Of a stretch of DNA of 64,000 nt, positions 44,507-55,708 are shown in pieces. The notes under the pieces are model-generated. The model saw nothing but the letters and a program-made list of their open reading frames with translations. It did not search any database and was not told the DNA's origin. The DNA lies in NCBI GenBank assembly GCA_037200005.1, contig JBBCGY010000002.1, forward strand, positions 460,667 to 524,666, in the 5' to 3' direction. The position numbers and the translations under genes were made by a program. Position 1 is the stretch's first letter. The number at the start of each line of letters is the position of its first letter. Origin of the DNA: Alphaproteobacteria bacterium (GTDB taxonomy: Bacteria > Pseudomonadota > Alphaproteobacteria > UBA9219 > RFNS01).

Positions 44507-45111
44507 TACTCCTTCGCGTCCGCCGCGACCTGCATCTTGACGATCTTGGTGGGCTCGCTGACGGTGCCGTTATTCCAGGTTTCGCCCCGCTTGATGAGGT
44601 CGAGGAATTCCATGCCGCCGATCACTTGTCCGAAAACCGTATATTGGCCGTCGAGATGCGGCGCCTCGTCGAGGCAGATGAAGAACTGGCTGTCCGCCGA
44701 GTCCGGATCGGCGGCGCGCGCCATTGAGACCGTGCCGCGAAGATGCGGGGCCTTGGAGAATTCGGCTTTCAGCTTTTGTCCCGAGCCGCCCGCGCCGGTG
44801 CCCGTCGGATCGCCGGTCTGGGCCATGAATCCTTCGATCACGCGATGAAAGCCGAGGCCGTCGTAGAAACCTTGCCGCGTCAGCTCTTTGATGCGGGCGA
44901 CATGCTTCGGCGCAAGATCGGGGCGCAATTGGATGATGATGCGTCCGGGCTTAAGGTCGAGATAGATCGTGTTCTCTTTGTCGGTAATCACGGGCTGCGC
45001 CTTTTCCTTATCCATGTCGCTCTTATCCTTGTCTGCCGCTAGAAGAGAAGCCGGTTGTAATAGCATCAAAGCGGCGGCGATGCCCAGCAGGGTTTTGAAA
45101 GCTTTGTTCAT
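44506..45111 (-). CDS. ppiA: peptidylprolyl isomerase, cyclophilin type (periplasmic)
   Basis: Signal peptide, then [23 protein letters not shown]...[21 protein letters not shown] cyclophilin signature. Confidence 0.85.
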   Translation of the reverse strand: MNKAFKTLLGIAAALMLLQPASLLAADKDKSDMDKEKAQPVITDKENTIYLDLKPGRIIIQLRPDLAPKHVARIKELTRQGFYDGLGFHRVIEGFMAQTGDPTGTGAGGSGQKLKAEFSKAPHLRGTVSMARAADPDSADSQFFICLDEAPHLDGQYTVFGQVIGGMEFLDLIKRGETWNNGTVSEPTKIVKMQVAADAKE

Positions 45112-45602
45112 GATGTCTTCTCCATGGTTAGCAGATATTCGATCATGCCGGTTATCCCCGGGCTGTCGGGCGGCGTGATGGACGAGTACCAATCGATCAG
45201 CTGTCCCTGGGGACCGATCAGGTATTTGTGGAAATTCCATTTCGGGCTGCCGATAAATCCGGCCCAGGTATTCGCCCATTGATAGAACGGATGAGCCTGC
45301 CTGCCTAGCACATGATATTTAGCGGTCAGCGGAAAATCGACTCCGAAATTGCGGGTGCAGAATTCGTCGATAGTTTTGGCGTCGCCCGGCTCCTGCTTGC
45401 CGAAATCATTGCAAGGCACGCCCAGCACCATCAGTCCGCGGCCTCTATAATTGAGCCATAACTGCTGCAAAGCCGCGTATTGCTTCGTGAAACCGCATTG
45501 CGACGCCGTGTTGACGATCAATATGGGCCGGCCCTGCCAAGCCGAAAGCGGCAACGGCACCCCATGCAGCGCATCGAACATAAAGTCATAGGCCATGGTC
45601 AT
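45108..45602 (-). CDS. glutathione peroxidase
   Basis: LIVNTASQCGFTKQYAALQQLW...VLGVPCNDFGKQEPG GPx motifs. Confidence 0.85.
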   Translation of the reverse strand: MTMAYDFMFDALHGVPLPLSAWQGRPILIVNTASQCGFTKQYAALQQLWLNYRGRGLMVLGVPCNDFGKQEPGDAKTIDEFCTRNFGVDFPLTAKYHVLGRQAHPFYQWANTWAGFIGSPKWNFHKYLIGPQGQLIDWYSSITPPDSPGITGMIEYLLTMEKTS

Positions 45603-45612
45603 GAGAGCCTCG

Positions 45613-47850
45613 TTATTGATGCACGACTTCGCGGTTGTTGTTGCCCAGCGTGCTCAAGGCATCGGTCTGCACGCCGCCCAGATTACGCAGATAAACCGAT
45701 AACATAAAAGATGTTCCTGAATTGAGGTCCGGGCGGCTGATTTGATCTTTGCTGCCGCTCAGACTGATTGTCGCGCATTCGTCCTGATAGGCGAGCGCCA
45801 TGCCGGTGGTGCGCGGGCCGGGATCGGTCTTGAGCGCCCGTCTTTGATAGGTGGTGAATGTCCAATAGCGCGTGAAATTCGAGGAGAAGCCGTAAGTGAG
45901 TTCCGCGATGGTGCTGCCGATCTGACCGGCGGTGTCGCTATCCACGGACAGATAATTGACGAAGGGGCGAAGCCACGGCTCGCCGGCGAAGAGATTGGCT
46001 TCGCTGCGGCGCGGCTGGAAGGTTTCCTCGTTAAGCTGGAAGCCGTAATTGGCGCCGAACCATGGCGCGGGCTGGACATCGATCTGCCCCACGTAATCCG
46101 ACAGCTTTTCGCGCAGGCCCGACGACGGCAGGAAATTGTCGTCGCGATTAAGGCGATAACTTTCGCCCAGCATGATTTCGTAGCGCCCGCCGTTATCGCC
46201 GTAAGCGGCGGTGCGGACGCCATAAGTGGCGCGCACGCCGGTCTCGAAACGGTCGAGGCCCGAATAGCGGTTGGCCGCGAACAGGTTAGTTTCGTCGAAT
46301 TCGACGTTCTGACTGTCTTCGTTGGCGATATGGGAATCGATGGAACGGCGCGGCGATGCCGTAATCGAGACAATCGGCTCGATGACCTGCTGCCAATGCT
46401 CGCCCTGCCGCGCCAGCGGGTAGCTGAACATCATGCTGCCGAGAGGGAACAGCCGATAGGCATAGCTGTCGCGGAAGTGATTGGCCGGGTCGTCCGGGTC
46501 TTGCACGCGGTTGGACCAGAACAGGTCGCTATAGACTTTGCCCGAAAAAGTGGAAACCAGGCCGAAATCGGAAATCATGCGGCGCTCCCATCCCCCGGAC
46601 AGCGAGGCGCGGCGTGAATCGGGGCCGCGCTTCACGGGAGAGACGATGCTATCGTCGCGGGTCAGGGAGACTCCGCTGGCGTTGATTTCCCAGCGCCCGC
46701 CCAGAGTTTTGCCGGGGGGCGCCCAACGCGGAATATTGGGCGCGCAGGGGTCACCGGCTCGATCTGGCGTTCGCCGGGGCGCAAATCCTGGAAATAATAG
46801 AGATCGGTTGTCGAGATAGTTCCGTCCGCCGAACCGCTCCAGATAGGCGCGATTTTCCAGAACGTCGGTGGTCGGAATGCGATAGCGATAGAGATAGCTT
46901 TTGTCGGACGTAAATCCGATGTTGGCTCCGGCGCGGTAACTGGGGCCGATATCGAAACGAACGTCACCGAACAAATGACCGCGAAGCTGATTTTTTTCAA
47001 GCGTATCTTGATCGTTGATCCGGTCGGCGACCACGGCGCTGCCGTTGAATTTCATTTGGCCGTGCGCGAAACGCTCCCGGTATTCTCCGGCGAACTGGAA
47101 GCCATCCTTGTCGCTGATGGTGGGGGCGAGGGTCATGTCCTTATCGGGCGCGAGGTCGATATAATAAGGCGCGGTGACATAAGCGCCCAGATTGCTGTTC
47201 TTTCCCACGACGGGAGTCAGAAAACCGGTCTTGCGCTTCACGGTCGGATCGGGGTGGGAGAAGTAAGGCGAGAAGAGAACCGGCACCCCGCCGAACTCCA
47301 GCGAAGCGTCGCGGTAGATGATCCGTTTGCTTTCATTGTCGTGCGTGACGCGCGCGGCGCGCAATTGCCAGAATGGAGGCTTTGTCGGGTCTTCTTTGCA
47401 AAGATCGCAAGCGGAGTAAGTCGCGCGGCGCAGGATGATGTAGCGTCCGTCCACCCGCTCGCCTTCCTGCGCGGCGAAGCGGGAATTGTCGGCGAGCAGG
47501 ATGCGGAGCTGGTTGACGAATCCTTGTTTCAGGTCGCTCGTTACCTCGGCCCGGTCGGCGAAGCTGACATGGCCGTTTTCTTCGAGAATGGCGACATTGC
47601 CTTCGGCGCTGACGATATTGCGCTGCTGGTCGTAGACGACCTTGTCGGCACGCAGCAGGCGCTCGCCCTGGCTGATCTCCACCTTGCCGAGCGCGGTGGC
47701 CATTTTGGTTTTCTGATCGTAGGTGACCCGGTCGGCATTCAGCAGAACCGGGTCTTTACTCAAATGCATTTCCTGCGCCCTCGCATGATTTGCATGGTAA
47801 GCGCAGAAAAATGGCAGGAGAAAGGCCAGGAGGGCGGCGAGTCGCTTCAT
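45613..47850 (-). CDS. lptD: LPS-assembly outer-membrane protein LptD (OstA/Imp)
   Basis: Signal peptide MKRLAALLAFLLPFFCAYHANHARA. N-terminal OstA domain (LNADRVTYDQKTKMATALGKVEISQGERLLRADKVVYDQ). Long beta-barrel C-region. Confidence 0.85.
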   Translation of the reverse strand: MKRLAALLAFLLPFFCAYHANHARAQEMHLSKDPVLLNADRVTYDQKTKMATALGKVEISQGERLLRADKVVYDQQRNIVSAEGNVAILEENGHVSFADRAEVTSDLKQGFVNQLRILLADNSRFAAQEGERVDGRYIILRRATYSACDLCKEDPTKPPFWQLRAARVTHDNESKRIIYRDASLEFGGVPVLFSPYFSHPDPTVKRKTGFLTPVVGKNSNLGAYVTAPYYIDLAPDKDMTLAPTISDKDGFQFAGEYRERFAHGQMKFNGSAVVADRINDQDTLEKNQLRGHLFGDVRFDIGPSYRAGANIGFTSDKSYLYRYRIPTTDVLENRAYLERFGGRNYLDNRSLLFPGFAPRRTPDRAGDPCAPNIPRWAPPGKTLGGRWEINASGVSLTRDDSIVSPVKRGPDSRRASLSGGWERRMISDFGLVSTFSGKVYSDLFWSNRVQDPDDPANHFRDSYAYRLFPLGSMMFSYPLARQGEHWQQVIEPIVSITASPRRSIDSHIANEDSQNVEFDETNLFAANRYSGLDRFETGVRATYGVRTAAYGDNGGRYEIMLGESYRLNRDDNFLPSSGLREKLSDYVGQIDVQPAPWFGANYGFQLNEETFQPRRSEANLFAGEPWLRPFVNYLSVDSDTAGQIGSTIAELTYGFSSNFTRYWTFTTYQRRALKTDPGPRTTGMALAYQDECATISLSGSKDQISRPDLNSGTSFMLSVYLRNLGGVQTDALSTLGNNNREVVHQ

Positions 47851-47911
47851 GGCCGTAAACTGCCAGACCGCAATCACCCCGTAAAGGGATGAAAAGATTG
47901 GGGTCTTGGGC

Positions 47912-48419
47912 TTATTTCCCCGGCGTTAGAACCCCCGGCGTCAGGTCGCCGAAGGCGGGACGGTCGAGAGGCGCTGGGCGCATGGGAGCCTGGGCGGCTT
48001 TCCGGGCTATATATTGAGCTATATTGAGGAATTCGATATTGGTTGTATCGGGCGCGTTATCATAGGCAAAACCAGCGGCTTTTTTGGGCGACGCCACGCG
48101 CATGCTCATATCCTGTTTCCAGAAGAACGGTTGCCACGGCCAGCATAGGTTTGGCGAAAAGCTGCCTCTGCCGCCCATTGGCGGAACATATGTTAACAAG
48201 CAAATCTTTACTGTATCGAATAATGTCTACATCACCTTCGCGAATATAGCGCTGCAAACGATCAAGGGCTTCGATCGCGCCCGTACGGTTGGGTTCTTGA
48301 TATGCCTGCTCTGCGGCCTTAATAGCATGTTGGAACACATCCGCGACGGTTTCCGGTTTCGTGCTCTCGGCGGCGGCGCTTCTGAAGCCTGAATCTAAAT
48401 CGCCCTGAAATTCGCTCAT
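47912..48419 (-). pseudogene. hypothetical protein split by an apparent 1-nt insertion in a T6/A6 run (48080-48085)
   Basis: ORFs 48060-48419 and 47912-48199 overlap on the same strand. Deleting one A of CCCAAAAAAGCC fuses them into one 168-aa protein. Confidence 0.35.
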
Positions 48420-48577
48420 GATAATATTTCCTTTGGGTTTAATATGCTTCGCCGATCATAACCCATGATTGCGCATGCGTGAATAGCCGAAATACTTTCA
48501 TGTTTTGCCCGCTTTGCCGCGATGCCAGAGATGTGTTAACCAGAAGTGATTCAGGTAAAATCGTGCGGGAACCGACC

Positions 48578-49707
48578 ATGCCTTTTCTTATTCTTCTTTT
48601 GCTTCTTTCCTTTGCCCGATTCCGGCCATGGCCGCCCCCGCGTTCGAGAGCGAGGCGGAGCAGGCGGTGCTGATCGACGCCACGACCGGCACGGTGCTTT
48701 TCGATAAAAAAGCCAACGAGCGGATGCCGACGTCGTCGATGAGCAAGATCATGACGATGTATCTGGTGTTCGACGCTATCAAGCAGGGCAAGCTGAAGCT
48801 GGACGAGATGGTGCCGGTCAGCGAGCATGCCTGGAAGATGGAAGGCTCGCGCATGTTCATCGATGTCGGCACGCAGGTGAAGGTCGAGGATTTGATCCGG
48901 GGCGTGGCGATCCAGTCCGGCAATGACGCTTCGGTGGCTTTGGCCGAGGCGGTCGGCGGCACCGAGGAGTCCTTCGCCAACCGCATGAACGAAACCGCCG
49001 CCAAGCTCGGCCTGACGAATAGTCATTTCGTCAATGCGACCGGCCTGCCTGATCCGCAGCATTATTCCACGCCGGACGATCTGGCGAAATTGTCGCTGGC
49101 CCTGATGCGGGATTTTCCCGAAGATTACCGCTATTTCGGCGAACATGAATTCACCTATAACAAAATTAAGCAAGGCAACCGCAATCCGCTGCTCTACCGC
49201 AATATCGGCGTCGATGGCGTCAAGACCGGCCATGCGGAAGATGCGGGCTACGGCATGATCGCCTCCGCCGTCCGGGACGGCAGGCGGCTGGTGCTGGTGG
49301 TGAACGGCCTATCGGACATGCAGGCGCGGGCCGATGAATCGGCGCGGCTGCTGGAATACGGATTCCACGAGTTCAGCACTTACGCCATCGCCAAGGCCGG
49401 GCAAAAGCTGGCAAGCGCTAAAACCTGGCTGGGCGAAAGCGCCGAGGTTTCCGTGGTCGCCGCACAGGATATCGCGATGACGCTGCCGGTTTCCGCGCGC
49501 GGCGGATTGCATGCCGCCATCGAATATCAGCAGCCTGTTACAGCGCCCATCGCCAAAGGCCAAAAACTCGGCAAGCTTATCGTGACCGTGCCGGGGAGTC
49601 CCGCCGTCGAAACGCCGCTCATTGCCGGTGAAAGTGTGGCCAGGAAGGGGTTCTTCGCCTCGCTGGCCGCCAAACTCAGCTTGCTGCTAGGCGGCAAGCA
49701 GACGTGA
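48578..49707 (+). pseudogene. dacC: D-alanyl-D-alanine carboxypeptidase (PBP5/6 DacC-like) with apparent frameshift inside the signal peptide (~48603-48617)
   Basis: ATG 48578 gives MPFLILLLLLSF... The mature frame (from 48628) starts AAPAFES...SMSKIMT (SxxK)...SGN. No in-frame start carries a signal peptide unless a 1-nt indel in the CTTCTTTCCTTTGCC run is corrected. Confidence 0.7.
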
Positions 49708-50315
49708 CGCGCGGGCGCTTCATCACTCTCGAAGGCGGGGAGGGGGCCGGGAAGTCCACGCAAGCCCGGCTTCTGGCCGAAAGGCTGGCGGCGGCGGGCC
49801 TGAAGACCCATGTCACCCGCGAAGTCGGCGGATCGCCTTCCGCCGAAGATATCCGCAAGCTATGGCTTGCCGATCGCGACGAGGAATGGGACGCGCTGAC
49901 CGAGCTTTTGCTCATTTTCGCCGCGCGGCGCGAGCACCTAACCAAGACCATATGGCCGAAGCTCGATGCCGGGACGTGGGTGATTTCGGATCGCTTCGTC
50001 GGCTCGACGATTGTCTATCAAGGCATCGTGATGGGACTGGGCCGCGACAAGGTGGAAACGCTCTATCGTATGGTGGCGGAGGATTTCCAGTCCGACTTGA
50101 CCCTACTGCTCGATGTTCCGGTCGCGGCGGCGCGCGAAAGAATCTCGGCGCGCAATCTCGATCGCTATGAACGCCAGCCGGACGAATTTCACGAAAAGCT
50201 GCGCCAGGGCTATTTGCGGCTCGCGGCGGAAAATCCGGCGGCGTGGCGGGTGATTGACGCGTCGCAGCCTGCCGAGAATGTAAGCGAGCAAATCTGGCGG
50301 GCGGCAAGTCCTTAA
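49704..50315 (+). CDS. tmk: dTMP (thymidylate) kinase
   Basis: FITLEGGEGAGKSTQ P-loop and DRF/LID region. Confidence 0.9.
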   Translation: MTRGRFITLEGGEGAGKSTQARLLAERLAAAGLKTHVTREVGGSPSAEDIRKLWLADRDEEWDALTELLLIFAARREHLTKTIWPKLDAGTWVISDRFVGSTIVYQGIVMGLGRDKVETLYRMVAEDFQSDLTLLLDVPVAAARERISARNLDRYERQPDEFHEKLRQGYLRLAAENPAAWRVIDASQPAENVSEQIWRAASP

Positions 50316-51084
50316 ACCGGCGTCGGAGGCTGCTGCTTTGCCCGCTTGCGCCCGAATAAGGTCATGACATCCGGTACGATATAGGTCAGGGCGGAAATGA
50401 TTTTCGGAACGTCACGGGTAAACAGAGCTCCACCCGCATAAGGGATATTGGAAAGATTGTAGCATATGCCGGCGCTGCGCACCGGATTTTTTGTTACGTA
50501 ATTCGTCATGCGCGCCGCGGCTTTTCTGAATTGTCCCGTGACGGCAGAAGGGGAAGCTTCGTTCGCGTCGGTTCCTCGCTCAGGCACGAATTTGAACGCT
50601 GCCGCCGTCAGGCACAAGAGTCCCGCCGGAATCTCTGTCCAATGACCGCTTGTCGTTCCCGAGGCAATCATGCCGATATAAGATGGCATTCTGCCCAGGG
50701 CAAATGTTTCCCATGGATAGGCCTGGGGATTGAGGGCGCGCCGCGCGGGCGAAATGTCGGCGTCCTGGGCATCGGTGTAATTTTCCGTCTGTCCTGCCTT
50801 GATCTTGGGATCGCCGTAGAGAAAAAGGCAGACCGAAGTCGCCGCAAAACCTATGGATGACAGCACGCCTGCTATGCTGCCGTTTTGGTATGACGAAATG
50901 CCGTAAAAACATCGGCCGCGAAGGAGGTCAGGCCCGTAAATTTGCTCGGATATACATTTGTTAGGGCCGTCTTCATTCCTTGCTGGACGATTGAGCGCGC
51001 TATATCCTGTGTGCTGTTCACGGCTTGCCGCGAAACTTCACGCGCCGTGCGGCGGAAACCATGGTAAATATCGGATATCGCCAT
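50312..51084 (-). pseudogene. hypothetical protein split by an apparent 1-nt deletion in an A4/T4 run (50885-50888)
   Basis: ORF 50872-51084 ends ...FRHTKTAA*. Adding one A to ACCAAAACGGC continues into ...NGSIAGVLSSIGFAATSVCLF... (ORF 50312-50866). Confidence 0.4.
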
Positions 51085-51183
51085 TGAATATAGCCTTGCT
51101 GCTGTATGCTATCTGTATATATGGTCAAAGAATGAACCGACTATCGTTTTTTTACTTTCAGACGCCAGAAGACCGGAATTCCG

Positions 51184-52218
51184 ATGAATGAAGCCCTTTC
51201 CGAGGCCCATGGCAACCCCCGACTCATAGGCCATGAAGACGCGATTGCGGCCTTCATGCAGGCCGCGGCGTCGCGCCTGCATCATGCTTGGCTGATTCAC
51301 GGGACGGAGGGAATCGGCAAGGCCAGTTTCGCGTTTCACTGCGCGAATTACCTGCTGTCGGAGGGACGGCAAAAAATTGGCGCTCTGGACGTGCAGGAGC
51401 GCAATTACCGGCTGATTGCCGGCGGCGCGCATCCGGATTTAAAGGTTCTGGAAAGGCCCGTCGACCCCAAGACCGGCGTGATGAAGGAAGAAATTCCCAT
51501 CGATCAGGTTCGCGACCTGACGGCGTTCTTTCAGCTGACGTCCAGCCATGGCGGCTGGCGCATCGCCATCGTCAAGCGCGCCGACGCGCTGAATCGCAAC
51601 GCCGCCAACGCGCTGCTGAAAATTCTCGAGGAGCCGCCGCCGCGCAGCCTGATCCTCATGACCGCCGTGACGCCGGGCAAGCTGTTGCCCACCATCCGCT
51701 CGCGCTGCCGCCCCTTGCGGTTGTCGCCGCTCGATGACGCGCAGATGAACGAGGTGCTGGGCGACCGCCTTGCCGAATGCTCCGGCGATGACGCGAAGAT
51801 TCTCCATCGCATGGCGCAGGGAAGCCCGGGCCGTGCGCTCGATATTCTGGCCCATGACGGTTTGGAGATTTACCGCGATTTTCTGAACCTGCTGCAAACC
51901 TCGCCCAGGGAGAGGAACGCGGCGCTGCTGCGTTTCACGGGCAGCGGCAAGGTCGAGCGCGAACGGTTCAATCTTATCGCCCGGTTCTGCGAAGATTGGC
52001 TGGTGCGCCTGCGGCATATGGCGGCGACCGGCGAAGCGCAGGAAATCATTCCGGGCGAGGGGCAGCTGATGCGGCGCATGGCCGTCAAGCCTCTTGCCGT
52101 CTGGTTCGATGTCGCGGAGAATTGCGGCCAGCAATTCGCGCTGGCGCAAACCGCCAGCCTTGATCGCCGCCTTATCATGCTGAATAATTTGCAGCAAATT
52201 CTCGCTGCTGCCGCTTAG
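51184..52218 (+). CDS. holB: DNA polymerase III subunit delta'
   Basis: AWLIHGTEGIGKASFA (AAA+ P-loop-like), ...RSRC... and LKILEEPP motifs typical of HolB. Confidence 0.8.
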   Translation: MNEALSEAHGNPRLIGHEDAIAAFMQAAASRLHHAWLIHGTEGIGKASFAFHCANYLLSEGRQKIGALDVQERNYRLIAGGAHPDLKVLERPVDPKTGVMKEEIPIDQVRDLTAFFQLTSSHGGWRIAIVKRADALNRNAANALLKILEEPPPRSLILMTAVTPGKLLPTIRSRCRPLRLSPLDDAQMNEVLGDRLAECSGDDAKILHRMAQGSPGRALDILAHDGLEIYRDFLNLLQTSPRERNAALLRFTGSGKVERERFNLIARFCEDWLVRLRHMAATGEAQEIIPGEGQLMRRMAVKPLAVWFDVAENCGQQFALAQTASLDRRLIMLNNLQQILAAAA

Positions 52219-52233
52219 AAACAGGAATATCCA

Positions 52234-53775
52234 GTGTCCAAAACCTTCTCCATCACCACCGCCATTCCGTACAGCAACGGCGCGCCGCATATCGGGCATG
52301 CCTATGAGGCGATTGCGACCGATGCCTTGGCGCGGTTCAAGCGGCTCGACGGCTATAAGGTGCATTTCCTCACCGGCATGGACGATCACGGCCAGAAGGT
52401 GCAGCAGACTGCCGAGAAGCAGGGCATCACGCCGCAGGCCATGGTCGACCGGGTCAACGAATTGTTCGCCGCCATGCGCGCGCAATTCATGATCACGAAC
52501 GACAATTTTATCCGCACGAGCGAGCCGCGCCATAAGGCCGCCGTGCAGGAATTTTGGAAAAAGCTGGAGGCGAAAGGCGATATCTACCTGGATAAATACG
52601 CGGGATGGTATTCGGTTCGCGACGAAGCCTATTTCACCGAAGACGAACTGACGGAAGCGGCGGACGGCAAGAAACTCGCGCCCGGCGGCGCGCCGGTGGA
52701 ATGGATGGAGGAAGAGAGTTATTTTTTCCGCCTTTCGGCCTATAAGGAAAAATTGCTGGCTCTCTATGAATCGCAGCCGGATTTCATCGGTCCCGCCACG
52801 CGCCGCAACGAAATCGTCAGTTTCGTCAAGGGCGACCTGCGCGATTTGTCGATTTCGCGCACGCTGTTCGACTGGGGCGTGCCGGTGCCGGACGCGCCCA
52901 AGCATGTCATGTATGTCTGGATCGACGCGCTGGCGAATTACATCACCGCGCTCGGCTATCCCGCCGAAACCGCGCTGATGGCGGATTTCTGGCCCTGCGA
53001 CGCGCATATGGTCGGCAAGGATATCATCCGCTTCCATGCGGTTTACTGGCCCGCGTTTCTCTGGGCGGCGGGTCTGCCACTGCCGAAATGCATTTTCGCG
53101 CACGGTTTTATCTATAACAAAGGCGAGAAAATGTCGAAGTCGGTCGGCAATGTCATCACGCCCGGCGATCTGGCCGAGAAATACGGCGTCGATCAGATTC
53201 GCTATTTCCTGCTGCGCGACATCGCCTATGGCCAGGATGGGAACATCTCGCATGAGACGCTGACGCAGCGGATCAACAGCGATCTCGCCAATGATTTCGG
53301 CAATCTGGCGCAGCGCAGCCTGTCGATGATCGCGAAGAATTGCGGCGGCAAGCTGCCGGAGCCGGGGCCGATGACCGAGGCCGATCACGCCTTGCGCGGC
53401 GCCGCCGACGATTTATTGCAGATCGTCCGCGCCGAAATGGAGGGCAAGCAGTTCCACAAGGCGCTTGAGGCGCTATGGGCTGTCATCGGCGCTGGGAACC
53501 GCTATATCGACGAGCAAGCGCCATGGGCGCTGAAGAAGACCGATCCCGCGCGCATGGGCAGCGTGTTGTATCATGTCGTCGAAGTGGTGCGCCGTCTCGC
53601 CATTCTTGCCCAGCCTTTCATGCCGCTGGCGATGGATAAATTGCTGGATCAGCTTGCCGTTCCGGCGGACGAGCGCAGCTTCGCGACGCTCGCGCCGACG
53701 ATTGCCTTGACGCCGGGAATAGAACTCCCCGCGCCGAGCGGCGTGTTTCCGAGATATGTGGAAGAAATAATTTAA
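52234..53775 (+). CDS. metG: methionine--tRNA ligase (short form)
   Basis: TAIPYSNGAPHIGHAYE (HIGH) and KMSKSVGN (KMSKS). Confidence 0.9.
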   Translation: MSKTFSITTAIPYSNGAPHIGHAYEAIATDALARFKRLDGYKVHFLTGMDDHGQKVQQTAEKQGITPQAMVDRVNELFAAMRAQFMITNDNFIRTSEPRHKAAVQEFWKKLEAKGDIYLDKYAGWYSVRDEAYFTEDELTEAADGKKLAPGGAPVEWMEEESYFFRLSAYKEKLLALYESQPDFIGPATRRNEIVSFVKGDLRDLSISRTLFDWGVPVPDAPKHVMYVWIDALANYITALGYPAETALMADFWPCDAHMVGKDIIRFHAVYWPAFLWAAGLPLPKCIFAHGFIYNKGEKMSKSVGNVITPGDLAEKYGVDQIRYFLLRDIAYGQDGNISHETLTQRINSDLANDFGNLAQRSLSMIAKNCGGKLPEPGPMTEADHALRGAADDLLQIVRAEMEGKQFHKALEALWAVIGAGNRYIDEQAPWALKKTDPARMGSVLYHVVEVVRRLAILAQPFMPLAMDKLLDQLAVPADERSFATLAPTIALTPGIELPAPSGVFPRYVEEII

Positions 53776-54287
53776 GGCCGGGGCGATGCGGCGGCGGCGA
53801 ACCTGCTGTGCCATTCGTGAAGCGATGGCTTGCTGGGATCGATAAGCTGTTCGAGAGCGTCGAGATTCTGCGCGACGGTGCCTTCATAAACCGCTCTGGC
53901 GAAGGTCGCGTCCCAAGATTGTCTTTCTTCCGGATCGCTGGGATATCCTTGCCTGGTCAGCACCTGTGCCTGAGCGCGGCTGACGTCACGCAGAGTCTCA
54001 AGAAGGTCCAGGCGTTGTTCGGGATTGGCAATCGCGCCGCTGCGTTGAAATAGATTCTTCGCGGCACTGGCGATTTGATAATGGATGCCGCCGTCGGCGT
54101 CGCTGGCGACGATATGAAGAGCCGAGGCCAGGCGAATTCCTGCGGCGCGCACATGCTCGTTATATTTGCCGTATTGCGCGATATGGGCGACCGCTCTCTC
54201 GCGTTCAGCGAGATCGATCGAGCGCAGGCCTTGTTTTATTGGCGCTATGGAGGCGTCGTCTATGACTGTAATAAGAGCGCGTTTCAT
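53772..54287 (-). CDS. hypothetical protein
   Basis: Intact ORF. Start ATG 54287 (MKRAL...) is one of several candidates. Confidence 0.3.
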   Translation of the reverse strand: MKRALITVIDDASIAPIKQGLRSIDLAERERAVAHIAQYGKYNEHVRAAGIRLASALHIVASDADGGIHYQIASAAKNLFQRSGAIANPEQRLDLLETLRDVSRAQAQVLTRQGYPSDPEERQSWDATFARAVYEGTVAQNLDALEQLIDPSKPSLHEWHSRFAAAASPRP

Positions 54288-54478
54288 ATAATTCCTCTTG
54301 CTTGCTTCAGGCGAATATAGCATCGAAACGCCGAAAGTAATGCTGAAAGCTTTCGCCCGGCGATGGGCTTTTTTTATGGTTAACCAGGACAAAATGAAAG
54401 TTTTGGCGGTGCGGAAGAATTGATATAGTGTCGACCGGATATAGGCTCAGCCAGCCGATTTTTTATTATGAGTAGAAC

Positions 54479-55672
54479 GTGCAAAAATTCATTGTTCCCA
54501 TTCCGAATTCCGCCGGTTACGCCACCGATATCATCGGTCATGTCTTCGCTTATGCGTCTTCACTGAAGGTCGGTGGCGCACCGGCGCAATTCGAGCTGCA
54601 TGCGGATGAGCGTTTTCAGGCCATGGTCGCGGATGGCGCCGAATCTTGGCGCGTCGATGTTTCTGTCGCCTATCCCTATAAGCGCACGGATATTCCAGGC
54701 TCCGCCGAAGTTACGCCCGCGCAGCAAGCGATCGTCGAACAGCTTTCGCAGCAGTCGGGGGCCAGCGTTATCACGAATGCGGAAATTGTACAAAAACTTC
54801 ATGCCAATGGCCCGGAATTCTATAAGCTCATTCCCTCTCCTTCGCCTGCGGGCATGCTGCTGGCTAAGCCTATTTCTTGGTTTGACCCTTCGGATGATAA
54901 ATATGAATCCATGATTGCCCGGCTGATACAGGCCGCCTCGGCGGGACGGCAGGAAGCCGGGCTTCCACCCGACGCGCCCGCGACGTTTCTGTTCTTCTTC
55001 GGCGGCAAATCGCTGACGGACTCCGAAGCCAATGCCGGTGCGAAGAAACTTGGCGGCATGGTGAAGTCGGTATGGGCCGAGGATCATATTCCCGGCATCG
55101 CCGCTTTCCAGAAAGAGGCAGCTCAGCGAGGCGAAGCGATCATTCCGGTCTTCGCTTTGCATGGCAACGCGGTGCAATTGCAGGAGCGCATCGACGAATT
55201 TAATCAGCAGGGCCTCGCGCCGCAAGCGACCAATCTCGGCATCGATTGGAACAATTTCGAGGAGCCGGCGACGGCGTTTCTGATAGCCGGGCTTCACCAT
55301 AAAGCGATTATTCTCGGCAATGGCAGTACGCCGCACCATCTAGCGCTGAGCGTCAACGATGATACTTCGCCTGCAAAGATCATCATCATGCGCCCGTCAT
55401 GGAAGAATATGCCCGGCGAATCCAGATGGGACGGAGCGGAAGATGCGGGGGCGGTGAAGATCGTCTCGGCTGGGTTCAGCTATGAGCAGATCATGGAACT
55501 GCTCAAGCCCGACAGTTTAACGCAGCAAGGCCCGGCCATCGCCAACCAGCTGATCCGGGATTCCTCGCGCAATATCTGCCAGGAAACCTATGCGCAGCTG
55601 ATTGCCGAGCTTGGCCCGCCGCACCCGCAGCCCAAATCGTCGCCGGTCGCCGTGCCGACTCATACGCCATGA
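54479..55672 (+). CDS. hypothetical protein (397 aa), no recognisable domain
   Basis: Long intact ORF with ordinary composition. No signal peptide or TM helix evident. Confidence 0.45.
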   Translation: MQKFIVPIPNSAGYATDIIGHVFAYASSLKVGGAPAQFELHADERFQAMVADGAESWRVDVSVAYPYKRTDIPGSAEVTPAQQAIVEQLSQQSGASVITNAEIVQKLHANGPEFYKLIPSPSPAGMLLAKPISWFDPSDDKYESMIARLIQAASAGRQEAGLPPDAPATFLFFFGGKSLTDSEANAGAKKLGGMVKSVWAEDHIPGIAAFQKEAAQRGEAIIPVFALHGNAVQLQERIDEFNQQGLAPQATNLGIDWNNFEEPATAFLIAGLHHKAIILGNGSTPHHLALSVNDDTSPAKIIIMRPSWKNMPGESRWDGAEDAGAVKIVSAGFSYEQIMELLKPDSLTQQGPAIANQLIRDSSRNICQETYAQLIAELGPPHPQPKSSPVAVPTHTP

Positions 55673-55708
55673 ATTGACTCTCGGCGGGCATGAATTTACC
55701 AATCATGC

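Noticed and set aside
45613-47850. Suspected compensating frameshifts in LptD around 46690-46780 (odd segment ...FAPRRTPDRAGDPCAPNIPRWAPPGKTLGGRWEIN...)
   Set aside because: The other two frames contain stops or read worse. The segment still ends in the expected LGGRWEINASG motif, so the gene is treated as intact.
54560-55339. 259-aa ORF antisense to the 397-aa hypothetical gene
   Set aside because: R-rich antisense-type composition. Cannot coexist with the cleaner plus-strand ORF.
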